From Myxococcota bacterium (GTDB lineage Bacteria > Myxococcota_A > SURF-8): a stretch of 64,000 bases of DNA. Position numbers and translations under genes: made by a program. Below the pieces are notes generated by a model. It did no database searches. It saw only the letters and a list, made by a program, of their open reading frames with translations, and was not told the origin of the DNA. Of the stretch, positions 1 to 10,400 are shown in pieces (positions within the stretch are counted from its first letter, which is position 1; the number at the start of each line of letters is the position of its first letter). Location: assembly GCA_963674735.2 (NCBI GenBank), contig CAXXQS010000001.1:2630913-2694912 (forward strand), given 5' to 3'.

Positions 1-393
1 TCGGACGCGCATACCGTCGGTATCGACGCCGTTATGAACATGAAGGGGTATAACCAGCACTACGGGTTGGAACGCTATCCCTGGATCGAGGCGCTGAACA
101 TGGGCAGCCAAGTGCCTAACGACACCCTGTTGCGACGCGCCATCGACCTAAACGCCGATGCGGTGCTCGTCTCGCAGGTGGTGACGGCCAAGGATTCCCA
201 CGTGGAAAACCTGACCGAGTTCATCGAGCTGGCCGAAAGCTACGGCGTTCGCGGGAAAATGATTCTGATCGTCGGCGGTCCGCGGATCTCGCACCAACTC
301 GCCCTGGAACTCGGTTTCAACGCCGGTTTCGGGCCCGGCACCTATGCCGAACACGTGGCCGGTTTCATCGTGGACGAAATCCTCAAACGCTGA
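1..393 (+). CDS. kamE: Lysine 5,6-aminomutase beta subunit, C-terminal B12-binding domain (5' truncated by window)
   Basis: Frame open from base 1: SDAHTVGIDAVMNMKGY..YGLERY..LNMGSQV..GGPRISHQLALELGFNAGFGPG. DxHxxG cobalamin motif plus KamE-typical sequence. Confidence 0.9.
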   Translation, partial: SDAHTVGIDAVMNMKGYNQHYGLERYPWIEALNMGSQVPNDTLLRRAIDLNADAVLVSQVVTAKDSHVENLTEFIELAESYGVRGKMILIVGGPRISHQLALELGFNAGFGPGTYAEHVAGFIVDEILKR

Positions 394-415
394 ATCGGTT
401 CGTCTTCTGCCAAAG

Positions 416-438
416 AAAAAGGGCGGCTCACGCCGCCC
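416..438 (-). terminator. Intrinsic terminator between convergent kamE and WG-repeat gene
   Basis: Minus strand GGGCGGC-GTGA-GCCGCCC followed by a T-run. Confidence 0.7.
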
Positions 439-463
439 GGATTCGCCAAAAAACGAATACAAG

Positions 464-1459
464 CTACAGCTTGACCTTCACTTCCGCCAAGCCGCTGGCA
501 AACGAACTGGCGAAGTTGTACTGCGGTTGAATGATGAACTGGCCGGATTTTCCGATGAACCCCCACTTTTTCGAGTCGTCCAGAACCGGCGCGAGACCCT
601 CGGAAAAAGAGCCGACCGCTTTGAAACGCGGGTTGATGATATACTTGCCCGCATCATCGATGAAACCCCACACATTAGCCAGGCGCACCGCCGCCAGATT
701 TTCGGAGAACGGCAACACCTCATCGAATTGCGGGTTGATGACGAATTGTCCGCCCGCATTGATGAAGCCCCACAGTTTGTCCACTTTCACCGCCGCCATC
801 CCGTTGTGAAAAGGCCGCGCATTCTGAAATTGAGCCTGGATGATCAGCTGGCCATCCGGGGTGATATAGCCCCAGTTCTTCTCAACCTTCACCGCCGCCA
901 GACCTTCGGTAAACGAGCGGGCCGCTTTGTACTGGGCGGGGATCTTCAGCGAACCACTACGATCGACATACCCCACATCGCCCTTGACCTTCACCCAGGC
1001 CAGCCCCTGCGAAAACGGTCCGGCCTCATCGAACTGTTCCGGAATGATCTGGTTTCCCGAGGTGTCGATATAGCCCCATTTCTTTTGTTTGACCGCCGCC
1101 GCACCTTCGGAGAAATGTCGAGCGTCTTTGAAAGACGGATTGATCGTGTACAAGCCCCGTCGGTCGATAAACCCGTACAGCTTGCCGGTTTTGGCCCGCG
1201 CCAATTCTTCGCTAAACGGATAGGCTTCGGCAAACTGCGGATTGATGGAGAACTGACCGTCGAGCCCGATATAGCCCCAGCGCTTGCCGACATACACCGT
1301 GGCCAATCCCGCGACAAACGGGCGACTTTTCTCGAATTGCGGCGGAACCACCATTTTGCCGGTTTTGTTGATGTACGCTCCCTTGCCGCTCACACAGCCA
1401 ATCAGTAAAGCTACGGCAAGCAGCCCCATCACCCAAGACCCTGCCAATCGCATCGGCAT
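464..1459 (-). CDS. WG-repeat (KWG-type) lipoprotein
   Basis: Lipobox LLIGC; tandem repeats WG(Y/F)I..G.F.I.PQF..A.PFSE.LA.V. Confidence 0.9.
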   Translation of the reverse strand: MPMRLAGSWVMGLLAVALLIGCVSGKGAYINKTGKMVVPPQFEKSRPFVAGLATVYVGKRWGYIGLDGQFSINPQFAEAYPFSEELARAKTGKLYGFIDRRGLYTINPSFKDARHFSEGAAAVKQKKWGYIDTSGNQIIPEQFDEAGPFSQGLAWVKVKGDVGYVDRSGSLKIPAQYKAARSFTEGLAAVKVEKNWGYITPDGQLIIQAQFQNARPFHNGMAAVKVDKLWGFINAGGQFVINPQFDEVLPFSENLAAVRLANVWGFIDDAGKYIINPRFKAVGSFSEGLAPVLDDSKKWGFIGKSGQFIIQPQYNFASSFASGLAEVKVKL

Positions 1460-1508
1460 CGCTTGTCCTCCCTTTAAATGATTTTACGACTTGTTGATTG
1501 AGAATAAT

Positions 1509-2213
1509 TTATTTCAGCCGTTCTGTCATCCCTAAAAGCCACCGATGCACCGGCAACATGGCTTCGTAACGCCGGGCGACAAATTCCACCAGTCGAGCCG
1601 ACGTCAGGGAGGCCGGCACCGGCCCGTTCCAACTGACCCACAATCCGTTATATTTCAACAGCTCGGCATGCGGATGTTCCGCATCGAATCCACGCGGCAC
1701 GCGTTTGTAATGCTCTCCCCCAATGGCATAGTCCCCGGCTGCGGCCACCTCGCCGATCGCCGCGACCAGAGCCGGACCGTGTTTGGGATGCACCACCTCC
1801 TGTCGGTAGGCGTCGAGCAGCGGTTTGGAGAAACAATGAATGCCCGTTCCCAACATCAGGCCGCTTTCCTCCAAATGAAAATAAAACCCGCTCGACTCCA
1901 TCTTCTTACCCGCCCCTTCCCACAAAAATATTCCGAGGTGGGTTTTGTAGGGTGTTTTATCTTTCGAAAAACGGGTGTCGCGATAGATGCGAAAGATGGA
2001 CCCATTGATGCGCGGCTCCGCCACGATTCCGGGAGCGCTGGGATGCAGCCGCGCTCCCAGAGCCATAACGAAACGTCGGGCGGGCTCGACCAACTCGCGT
2101 TCGTAACGCTCTTTGTTTTCGACAAACCAATCCTTCACATTGTTGCGCGCCAGGTCGTGCAGAAAGCCCGTCGCACCATGCCCGAATCCCACGAAATCCC
2201 GTTCATCCGTCAT
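1509..2213 (-). CDS. DUF2461 (TIGR02453) family protein
   Basis: FLHDLARNNVKDWF..NK..YE and IFRIYRDTRFSKDKTPYKTH signatures. Confidence 0.9.
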   Translation of the reverse strand: MTDERDFVGFGHGATGFLHDLARNNVKDWFVENKERYERELVEPARRFVMALGARLHPSAPGIVAEPRINGSIFRIYRDTRFSKDKTPYKTHLGIFLWEGAGKKMESSGFYFHLEESGLMLGTGIHCFSKPLLDAYRQEVVHPKHGPALVAAIGEVAAAGDYAIGGEHYKRVPRGFDAEHPHAELLKYNGLWVSWNGPVPASLTSARLVEFVARRYEAMLPVHRWLLGMTERLK

Positions 2214-2255
2214 CGCCGTTCTCCTTGTCTCCCGGCCGCAAGGTCCGGAGACCGC

Positions 2256-2651
2256 TCACAGACTTTCGATGACTTTCTTGAGCTTTTCGCTGACTCCCGC
2301 CGCCACATCGGCCAAGGCCGGATTGCCGATCGCCCCCATGGCAGCCATGGGATTGACGGCCGAGACGGTCGTCGTGCCATCCGCGTTTTGATAAACGACC
2401 ACGTTACAGGGCATCATCAGGCCGATATCGGGTTCGGCGCTGATCGACTGATACGCGAAAGGCGGATTGCAGGCACCCAGAATGCGGTAAGGCCGGATCG
2501 TTTTGTCTAGTTTTTTCTTCATGGTGGCCTGCACATCGATTTCACTGAGAACGCCGAAGCCCTCGCGGGACAAGGCTTCGCGTACACGGATTTCGGCTTG
2601 CTCGGGCGATACGCTCATATGCGTTTTGAATCCATAATCCAACGGTTCCAT
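2256..2651 (-). CDS. DUF302 domain protein (start probably MEPLDYGF)
   Basis: GFGVLSEIDVQATMKKKL..Y.ILGACNP..A....IGLMMPCNVVVY motif; AGGAGG upstream of this ATG. Confidence 0.88.
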   Translation of the reverse strand: MEPLDYGFKTHMSVSPEQAEIRVREALSREGFGVLSEIDVQATMKKKLDKTIRPYRILGACNPPFAYQSISAEPDIGLMMPCNVVVYQNADGTTTVSAVNPMAAMGAIGNPALADVAAGVSEKLKKVIESL

Positions 2652-2702
2652 AACGTCCTCCTCATATCGATCTAACGGGTTGATCACATTCGCTTTCACT
2701 TG

Positions 2703-2730
2703 ATGATAGAAATACCTCGAAAATTGTCAA
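2703..2730 (-). promoter_or_regulatory. Sigma70-like promoter for DUF302 operon
   Basis: Minus strand TTGACA-16 nt-TATCAT. Confidence 0.55.
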
Positions 2731-2954
2731 TCGGATATTGAAAATGAAGAACGGCAAACGTCGCGATTTCTTCCATTTAAGCCACCGTCTCCGCGAAAAA
2801 CACTCTTGCCTTAATTATCATCATGATGATTCCGATATTATCTTGTACTATAATTATTTATCCATATCGCGAAATAGGCCTATTTTACGACAGGCCTTTG
2901 TTTTAAGCATTTTTCGGGCAAAATCGGCCTGAAATTATTTTTTTAATTTGTGTC

Positions 2955-2983
2955 TTGACAGCAAGCCGAATCTCCGATAGTTT
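2955..2983 (+). promoter_or_regulatory. Sigma70-like promoter for fis
   Basis: TTGACA-17 nt-TAGTTT preceded by an AT-rich UP-like tract. Confidence 0.65.
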
Positions 2984-3060
2984 AGAGGTCGGTGGGGACC
3001 GACACCACCCATTCAACCGAAATAACCCATTTTTTCACCCCCATTCATTAATGGAGGCAG

Positions 3061-3411
3061 GTGGAAGTGCATTCAAAATCAAGCAGTTTTGCTTTCTACT
3101 CAGAATCCGTTCAGGAGAAGTCCGCTGAAAGCCTCGGGTTTCCGCACGAACGCGGTGCTTCGGCCTATTCTTTGGAGTCGATCGTTTATCAGAAGCTGAA
3201 AACCGTCGTCCCAAAGCTGGATCACACCCTGGAAGGCGACCTCTACCAAACGGTCATCAGCATGGTTGAACGCCCGTTGATCGAACTGGTTTTGCAAAGC
3301 ACACGCGGCAATCAGTGCAAAGCTGCTGATATTCTTGGAATTAATCGCAACACCCTACGTAAAAAAATCAGCCTCCTGGGCATCGAGCCCAAATCCTGTA
3401 AAGGCCATTGA
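3061..3411 (+). CDS. fis: Fis family DNA-binding protein
   Basis: LYQTVISMVERPLIELVLQSTRGNQCKAADILGINRNTLRKKI closely matches the Fis HTH region; GGAGG before the GTG start. Confidence 0.8.
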   Translation: MEVHSKSSSFAFYSESVQEKSAESLGFPHERGASAYSLESIVYQKLKTVVPKLDHTLEGDLYQTVISMVERPLIELVLQSTRGNQCKAADILGINRNTLRKKISLLGIEPKSCKGH

Positions 3412-3436
3412 CATTCAGTCCGGACCGGCTTACCTT
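3408..3436 (+). promoter_or_regulatory. Sigma70-like promoter upstream of thiD
   Basis: TTGACA-17 nt-TACCTT. Confidence 0.5.
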
Positions 3437-3509
3437 CCCTGAACAGTGAGGATTAATCCGAGTTTAGCCAGCCTTCTCGGCTGCAAACTCCTCAATGGGA
3501 AGGAACGTC

Positions 3510-4313
3510 ATGCCATCTTCCAAGCAACCTGCCGATGCGTTGCCGCCTTTTTGCCTGACCATCGCCGGTCTCGATCCGACCGGCGGCGCGGGAGCCACGG
3601 CGGATCTGCGCGTTTTCCGACGCCTCGGACGCTATGGACTGACGGCGCTGACCGCCTTGACCCCACAAAACACTCGTGGCGTAAAGGGAATTCACCCCGT
3701 CTCAGCCAAGGCTTTACGCCAGGAACTAACCGCCGTTTTTGAGGATTTTCCGGTCGCCTGCGCCAAAACCGGTCAGATCCCCAATCGCGACCTGGCCCGC
3801 GAGATCGTGAAAGCCCTCAAGGCCCACCCGATTCCATTGGTCATCGACCCGGTCATGGTCCCGACCCGCGGCATGTGGCTGGTGGAAAAAGAAGCGGTTG
3901 CATATATGAAACGCAACCTGCTGCCGCTGGCGACCCTGATCACGCCGAATGTCGAGGAAGCCGCGTTTCTGGCCGAAATACCGATTGAAAACCTGGCCGA
4001 CATGGAACGCGCCGCCCGCCTGCTCGTACCGAAGATCACTCCGGCGGTCGTCATCACCGGCGGCGACAGCGTCGAAGAAGGGGCGCTCGACCTCTTCTAT
4101 GACGGCGAAACACAACACTATTTCAAGGCCAGGAAACGGCCGGTGGGAGATATACACGGAACGGGCTGCCACTTCTCGGCGGCGGTTTGCGCATTCATCG
4201 CCGGAGGCTTATCCCCCTTCGAAGCGGTCGGACGCGCCAAACAGACCCTGACGGCTCTGATCGACCGTGCCCTGATCGACCCGACCGGCCAGATGAAAAT
4301 CCTCAATAGTTGA
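3510..4313 (+). CDS. thiD: Hydroxymethylpyrimidine/phosphomethylpyrimidine kinase
   Basis: LTIAGLDPTGGAGATADL, KTG, VIDPVM, LITPNVEEA, HGTGCHFSAA motifs; AAGGA before ATG 3510. Confidence 0.9.
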   Translation: MPSSKQPADALPPFCLTIAGLDPTGGAGATADLRVFRRLGRYGLTALTALTPQNTRGVKGIHPVSAKALRQELTAVFEDFPVACAKTGQIPNRDLAREIVKALKAHPIPLVIDPVMVPTRGMWLVEKEAVAYMKRNLLPLATLITPNVEEAAFLAEIPIENLADMERAARLLVPKITPAVVITGGDSVEEGALDLFYDGETQHYFKARKRPVGDIHGTGCHFSAAVCAFIAGGLSPFEAVGRAKQTLTALIDRALIDPTGQMKILNS

Positions 4314-4316
4314 GCG

Positions 4317-5690
4317 TTAGTTCCCGTAGCCCCCGTAGGCGTCGTCGTCTTCGTCCGAGGCGTTTTCGAAAAGCGTGTATTGGCGGAAGTAGCGAACTTC
4401 CGCCTTGCCGGTGGGACCGGATCGTTGTTTGGCCACGATCACTTCGGCGTTGTTTTCCTCTTCCACCTTGTCGGGATTGTAGTAGCTGTCGCGGTAGATG
4501 AAGATGATCACGTCGGCATCCTGCTCGATAGCGCCCGACTCACGTAAATCGGAGAGCTGCGGACGCTTATCCTGCCGTTTCTCAAGATCGCGGTTGAGCT
4601 GCGACAAAGCCATCACCGGGATTTCCAGTTCCTTGGCCAACCCTTTCAGCGAACGGGAAATCTGGGAAATCTCCTGCTCGCGGCTGGCATCGCGCCCCAA
4701 TCCGACTCCACGCATCAACTGCAGGTAATCGACGATCACCAGATCGAGTCCGTGCATCATTTTCATACGGCGCGCCTTCGAACGCAGCGCCATAATATTC
4801 AGATCGGCCGCATCGTCGATGAAGATTTCGGTTGCCGATAGGCGGTCGGCGGCGGTGCTGAGATCGACCCATTCCTTGTCGTTGAGTCGTCCGGTGCGGA
4901 AATTCTGCGAATCCACCCGCGCCAGCGCGCACATCATGCGAATCACCAGTTCGTTGCGGCTCATCTCCAAGCTGAAGACCCCCACCTTGGCCCCTACATT
5001 CAGGGCCGCATGGGTGGCGATATTGAGGGCCAGCGAGGTTTTGCCCATGGCGGGCCGGGCGGCCACGATGATCAGCTCCGAGGGCTGCAAGCCGGAGGTC
5101 ATGCGGTCGAGCTCGTAAAACCCGGTATTGACGCCCCCCGCACCCGGAACATGCGAATCGAGTTCTTCGATCCGTTTGAAGGCTTCGTGGACCACATCTT
5201 TGATCTGCCGATAAGGTTGCTCGATCTTCTCCTGGGAGATGTCAAACAGACGCTTTTCCATACGATCGACGAAATCTTCCACATCGGGGGGATCGTCGAA
5301 GCCTTCCCCGACGATTTCCATGCCTGCGTGGATGATGTTGCGCAACAGCGCCTTTTCGCGGATCAGCCGGGCATAGGCGGTGGCGTGCGCCGCCGTCGGC
5401 ACGCGGGCGGCCAGTTCGGCCAGATATTCCACCCCACCCACGGTATCCAGAACACCCGCCTTTTCCATCCGGTCCTTCAAGGTCACCAGATCGATGGGGG
5501 CCGCCTGACTCGACAATTCGAGGACCGCCGTGAAGATGTGGCGGTGGCTTTCCTGGTAAAAATGCTCCGGACGCACGATTTCCGTCACCATGTTCAGGGA
5601 ATTGGCGTCGATCAGGATACCGCCCAGCAACGCCTGTTCGGCATCGATGGAATGAGGCGGAACCCGCTGCAGCAAGGGATCAGATGGCAT
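4317..5690 (-). CDS. dnaB: Replicative DNA helicase
   Basis: PPHSIDAEQALLG, AARPAMGKT Walker A, VIVDYLQLM, LSQLNR, DLRESGAIEQDAD. Confidence 0.98.
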   Translation of the reverse strand: MPSDPLLQRVPPHSIDAEQALLGGILIDANSLNMVTEIVRPEHFYQESHRHIFTAVLELSSQAAPIDLVTLKDRMEKAGVLDTVGGVEYLAELAARVPTAAHATAYARLIREKALLRNIIHAGMEIVGEGFDDPPDVEDFVDRMEKRLFDISQEKIEQPYRQIKDVVHEAFKRIEELDSHVPGAGGVNTGFYELDRMTSGLQPSELIIVAARPAMGKTSLALNIATHAALNVGAKVGVFSLEMSRNELVIRMMCALARVDSQNFRTGRLNDKEWVDLSTAADRLSATEIFIDDAADLNIMALRSKARRMKMMHGLDLVIVDYLQLMRGVGLGRDASREQEISQISRSLKGLAKELEIPVMALSQLNRDLEKRQDKRPQLSDLRESGAIEQDADVIIFIYRDSYYNPDKVEEENNAEVIVAKQRSGPTGKAEVRYFRQYTLFENASDEDDDAYGGYGN

Positions 5691-5721
5691 GTTGTTAATC
5701 CTTCGAAGGCCCTACTGTGCA

Positions 5722-5749
5722 CAAAAAAGGCCCCGCTGTCAATGCGGGG
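5722..5749 (-). terminator. Intrinsic terminator after rplI
   Basis: Minus strand GGCCCCGC-ATTGACA-GCGGGGCC-TTTTTT. Confidence 0.75.
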
Positions 5750-5771
5750 CCCGAAGAATCCGTGGTTCCGC

Positions 5772-6215
5772 TTACTTAGCCACAACCCAGAGTTTCAGAG
5801 TCGCGGTAACATCGACATGCAATTTGATGGCGACTTCGTAAACGCCCAGCTCTTTGACCTGATCGTCGAGCTGAATGGAGCGCCGATTGATGAGGATGCC
5901 TTCCTCACGCAAGGTCTCTTCGATATCTTTGTTGGTCACCGACCCGAACAGGCGGTTGTTCTCGCCCACGCGCTTGGCGATGGTGCAAGACGTCTTGGCG
6001 ATACGCGCGGCCAACTCCTCCGCGATCTCCTTTTCTTTCTTGAACCGGCTGGCGATGACCTGCCGCTCGTGCTCGACACTCTTGATGTTTTTACTGGTGG
6101 CCGGGCTGACCAGTCCCTGCGGGACCAGATAGTTGCGAGCATAACCGTCTTTCACGTCGATCAAGTCGCCGCCGTTGCCCAGGCCCTTGATATCTTGCTT
6201 CAGGATCACTTTCAT
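5772..6215 (-). CDS. rplI: 50S ribosomal protein L9
   Basis: MKVILKQDIKGLG..GD...VKDGYARNYLVPQG; LFGSVT. Confidence 0.98.
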   Translation of the reverse strand: MKVILKQDIKGLGNGGDLIDVKDGYARNYLVPQGLVSPATSKNIKSVEHERQVIASRFKKEKEIAEELAARIAKTSCTIAKRVGENNRLFGSVTNKDIEETLREEGILINRRSIQLDDQVKELGVYEVAIKLHVDVTATLKLWVVAK

Positions 6216-6233
6216 GATCGCCTCCTTCCGCTT

Positions 6234-6500
6234 TTATTCGCCCAGGACCATGTAAGGCATCATGGCGATGTTACGCGCCTGCTTGATGGCCAGGCTCAAA
6301 CGACGCTGATGCTTGGCGCAGGTGCCGGAAATGCGGCGCGGGACGATCTTGCCGCGTTCCGTCACGAACTGCTCAAGCAGACTGACATTCTTATAGTCGA
6401 TAACAAGCAAGCTATCGGCGCAGAAGCGGCACACCTTCCGCTTCGGATGGGCGCGTCTCTTCTTTCGTTTCTTCTTCATACCGGCTCGCATGCGTGCCAT
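6234..6500 (-). CDS. rpsR: 30S ribosomal protein S18 (Zn-binding Cys form)
   Basis: [36 protein letters not shown]. Confidence 0.98.
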   Translation of the reverse strand: MARMRAGMKKKRKKRRAHPKRKVCRFCADSLLVIDYKNVSLLEQFVTERGKIVPRRISGTCAKHQRRLSLAIKQARNIAMMPYMVLGE

Positions 6501-6554
6501 GGAACATCTCCTTCCTATGACTCAACCGCCCAAGGCGGCGTCGTTTTCCGTATT

Positions 6555-7148
6555 TCAGTCCTGTTTCTCGGCTTCGGCGGCGTCGTCACCTTCAGCGGCG
6601 GCGTCATCTTCGGCGGCGGCGTCATCTTCAGCGGCGGCGTCATCTTCGGCGGCGGCGGGTTCTTCAGTGGATTCGGCATCGCCTTTATCGGCTTCCGCGC
6701 TTTCATCCGACTTTTCCGCTTTTTCCGCATCGGCTTCCTGAGCTTCGGCACGGGCCTTGGCCTCGGCCGCTTCGCGCTCGGCGCGCTGGCGACGCTCTTC
6801 TTCCTCGCGCTCGCGCTCGGCGGAAATCTCGGCCATGCGCTCTTCGGCCACCACATCGTCTTCCAGCTTGATCGTCTGGTACTTGATGATCGGTTCGATC
6901 ATCTTGATGGTGCGTTCGAGTTCGGCCACGCCGTCGTTGGGCGCCAGATAGCGAAGATAGACGTAGATGCCTTTGAGGTGCTTTTTGACTTCATAAGCCA
7001 AACGCTTTTTACCCCAATTCTGCTCGTTGATCAGGTGCCCGCCCTTGGTGTCGATCACGCCTTTGACGCGCTCCACCACCGGCGTCACGGCATCTTCCCC
7101 GATGTCCGGTCGCAGGATGAAAATAGTCTCGTACTCTCGTTGCTTCAT
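6555..7148 (-). CDS. rpsF: 30S ribosomal protein S6 with long acidic C-terminal tail
   Basis: MKQREYETIFILRPD..WGKKRLAYEVKK..GIYVYL; AGGAG before ATG 7148. Confidence 0.95.
   Translation of the reverse strand: MKQREYETIFILRPDIGEDAVTPVVERVKGVIDTKGGHLINEQNWGKKRLAYEVKKHLKGIYVYLRYLAPNDGVAELERTIKMIEPIIKYQTIKLEDDVVAEERMAEISAEREREEEERRQRAEREAAEAKARAEAQEADAEKAEKSDESAEADKGDAESTEEPAAAEDDAAAEDDAAAEDDAAAEGDDAAEAEKQD
6580..6657 (-). repeat. 18-bp coding tandem repeat (AAAEDD x3 plus AAAEGDD) in the S6 tail
   Basis: Repeated GCCGCCGC(C/T)GAAGATGAC units. Confidence 0.85.
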
Positions 7149-7215
7149 GCGCAAACTCCTCTCGGCTAAACAGCCTCCCCTTCCGGCCGAGCGACCTCGG
7201 AGAGACAAGGGTTTG
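7149..7215 (-). promoter_or_regulatory. Probable S6:S18 ribosomal leader (autoregulatory RNA)
   Basis: 5' UTR of rpsF contains ACCCTTG..hairpin..AAGGGAGG; position and CCC/GGAGG pairing fit the known leader class. Not covariance-checked. Confidence 0.5.
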
Positions 7216-7276
7216 CCGGGCCTTTCAGCCCGCCAGATTGTAGTTCCCACGGCGACAGCCTCGCCGCGGACGAAGT

Positions 7277-7305
7277 AACCTAGCAGTCCCCCCTTGAAAT
7301 GGCAA
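7277..7305 (-). promoter_or_regulatory. Sigma70-like promoter of rpsF operon
   Basis: Minus strand TTGCCA-17 nt-TAGGTT with A-rich upstream tract. Confidence 0.6.
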
Positions 7306-7486
7306 GGTTTTTTTTGATCTTGCCGCCGTCCGCCGGTCAAGGGGTTTTTCATAACCCGGGAGAACGAAAAAGAGCCCTAGGGTGCTTTGCGAAGTGAAAG
7401 ATAGCTTTGAATCGTCGCCCCTTGTGACCGGCCCCGGCTCGTGCTAGATTATAGACGAAATCATTACGCGAGTCGCGGAGAAAAAC

Positions 7487-10400
7487 ATGCGGATCTTCAC
7501 TCTGTTTGGATTGATTCTACATTTCGGAATAACGGTCTCGCTTTACGCCGCCCCCCTTGTCTCCGAAACGGATGTATCGCTCACCACCCTCATCGCCGCA
7601 CACCCGACGGTCTTCGGCCCGAAAACCCGACTGCTGGCCGACCGGCGCTCCGGCAATGCGTTGCAAGTGACGCTATCGCAGGATTTTCTTCCCCTGACCG
7701 CCGACCTGGCACGGGTGGAACAGGTGGTTCAGCTTCTGGCGACCCGAATGGGCGACGCCACACAACTGCATGTCTTCATCGACACCCCGAACGGTCCGCG
7801 CGCACTGGACGACTTCGTCAAACAACCAAGCCCGACGACATTCGTCAATCCGCCTGCGCCGCTACCCTCGCTGGAGGCCGTCCCCGAACAGGCGGCCTTT
7901 CCGTTCTCCGGCGGTTTGAGCGGCAAACGCATCGTCGTGAGCCCCGGCCACGGCTGGTATTGGGTGGAAAGTCTGGGTGATTGGTATACCCAACGCCCGC
8001 TGATCAACGGCATCATCGAGGATTTCACCAACTGGCGCATGGCCGCGCACGTGATCACCGCCTTCGAGCACGCTGGGGCGGAGGTGTATTCCTGCCGCGA
8101 ACGCGATAGGAACACCACGGAAATCATCGTGGACGACGAAACCGGCGCTCCTGCCTACCAGGACGGCCCGGAATGGCAAACCAGCGATTACACCGGCTTT
8201 GTCGGTGACACCTACCGTTTCACCTACACCTCGTCCGAAGACGGCGCGTGGGCCTGGTGGCGGCCCGACTTCCCGAAAACCGACGACTACGCGGTTTACC
8301 TGGCGTTCCGATCCGGGGAAAACCGCGTCACCGATGCTCACTACATCATTCGCCACGCAGGCGGCGACAGCCGGATTACCGTCAACCAGGAAATCAACAG
8401 CCTGCGCTGGCTGTACATCGGCACCTACCGTTTCCGAGAAGGAAGCGCATACGGCGAGGGCGTGGCCCTCTCCCCCCAATCGGACCAGGACGGCGCGGTG
8501 ATTGCCGATGCGGTCAAATTCGGTGGCGGCATGGGCAGCCTTTCACGCGATGGCGCGACCTCGAACAAACCGCGCTGGGAAGAAGCCGCCCGCTACTGGG
8601 TGGAATTCGTGGGCGCACCCCCGGAAGCGTATAATTCCACGATGGAAGACAACTCCGGCGACGTCACCGCCCGTCCCAAATACGCCAACTGGCAAGGAGC
8701 CGACGCCTACATCTCGCTGCACTCCAACGCCGCCGGGAGCCCCAACCTGGGCTACGGCACCGATACCTTCATGTACAACGGCGACGCCACCGAAGGCAGC
8801 GAAACCTGGCGCGGCCTCGTCCACGAGCACGTGGTGACGGCCATTCGCTCGGAATGGGATCCGACTTGGACCGACCGTGGCGTTAAATCCGCCAATTTCG
8901 GTGAGTTACGCGAGCTGGCCAGCATGCCCGGCTGCCTGATCGAAGTCGGTTTTCACGACACCGAATACGACTCGGTTTTCCTGCGGCGGCCCCCCTTCCG
9001 CGAAACGGTCGCCCGCGCCATCGTGAAAGCCGCTTATGACTTCTTCGACGTCCCCGCCCCGCTCTACCCGCTCCCGGTACGAAATCTGCGCGCCCTGCCG
9101 GCGACTCCGGGCGTCTTGAGGCTGATGTGGGAACCGACCTCCGACCGTACCTGGGGCACCGAAACGGCTCCCGATCATTACCGGATCTATTTATCGGAAG
9201 GCGGACAGGGCTTCGATAACGGCCTCGTGACCACAGCCGAAACACACTATGATTTCAACGATCTCGAAGCGGGTTCGCTCTACGCCTTCAAAGTTGCGGC
9301 GGTCAACGCGGGCGGCGAAAGCCTGGCCTCCGAACCGGTCGCCGTGCGATTGCAAGGCTCCGACTTTCCGCAGATCCTGATCGTCAACGGCTTCAACCGC
9401 CTCGACCGCTCGGTTCAGGAAGAGGAAAACACGGGCGAGTACGGTCTGATTCACGCGGCCGACATCGCGGCAGGCGGCGACTATTATTTTGTCTCCGCTT
9501 CCGATGAAGCGGTCGAGCAAGGATTGGTGGATCTCACGCCTTTCGATCTGGTGGACTGGATCGCGGGTGAAGAAGCCATGCTTCCCGGCGAACCGGCGAC
9601 CTATCGCAGCTTTTCCTCAGCCGCGCGCACTCAGTTGCAAACCTATCTGGCGGCGGGCGGCGCACTGTTCGTCAGCGGCTCCGAAATCGGCTGGGATATG
9701 GCGGTCTCGGCGGAAGGCGAAGCCGATTACCTGGCGTTTTATACCGACACGCTCAAAGCCGCCTATGTGGCCGACGACGCCGACACCTACTCTTTGTCCG
9801 GAACGGTGGACGGTTTGTTCGATGGCATGACCTTCGGTTTCGACGACGGCAGCCACGGCATCTACGATGTGGACTGGCCCGACGTGATTTCGCCAGCCAC
9901 CGATAGCGGCGCGACCCTCTGTCTCACCTACGAAACACCCTCCAAGGGGGCGGGAATCTGCGCCCCCGACCTCGTCTATCTGGGCATCCCCTTCGAAACG
10001 CTCCAACCGCCAGACACCCGGCGGGAAGTCATGCAGCGCATTCTGGGCCACTTGACCAGTGAAGGGAACCCCCCGGTGGTCCCCGATGGCGACGCCGACA
10101 GCGAACTGGATGGCGACTGGGAGTACGACACCGACTTCGAGGCTTGGCCCGACGGCGATTTCGAATACACGGAATTCGTCGAAACCGACGCTAAAACCCC
10201 AATCGACGACTTCCCGCTGCCGGATGGCGACGTCGGCCCCAACGACGAAACGGATCCGCCGGACGGCGATGTCAACGGCGAAACCGACGGCGATGGCACC
10301 GACGAACCGACCACGCCGTCCTCCTGCCTCCCCGGTTACAGTTTACAGGGAGACCGTTGCGTGCAGGATCAGGCAGAGGGTTCGGATGGCTGCCGAAACA

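Noticed and set aside
2817-2830. Palindrome ATCATCATGATGAT in the divergent DUF302/fis intergenic region
   Set aside because: Low-complexity trinucleotide pattern, single copy, no cognate regulator identifiable.
5010-7169. 719-aa plus-strand ORF opposite dnaB-rpsF (and similar long antisense ORFs elsewhere)
   Set aside because: Stop-poor antisense frame typical of high-GC coding DNA; overlaps well-supported genes.
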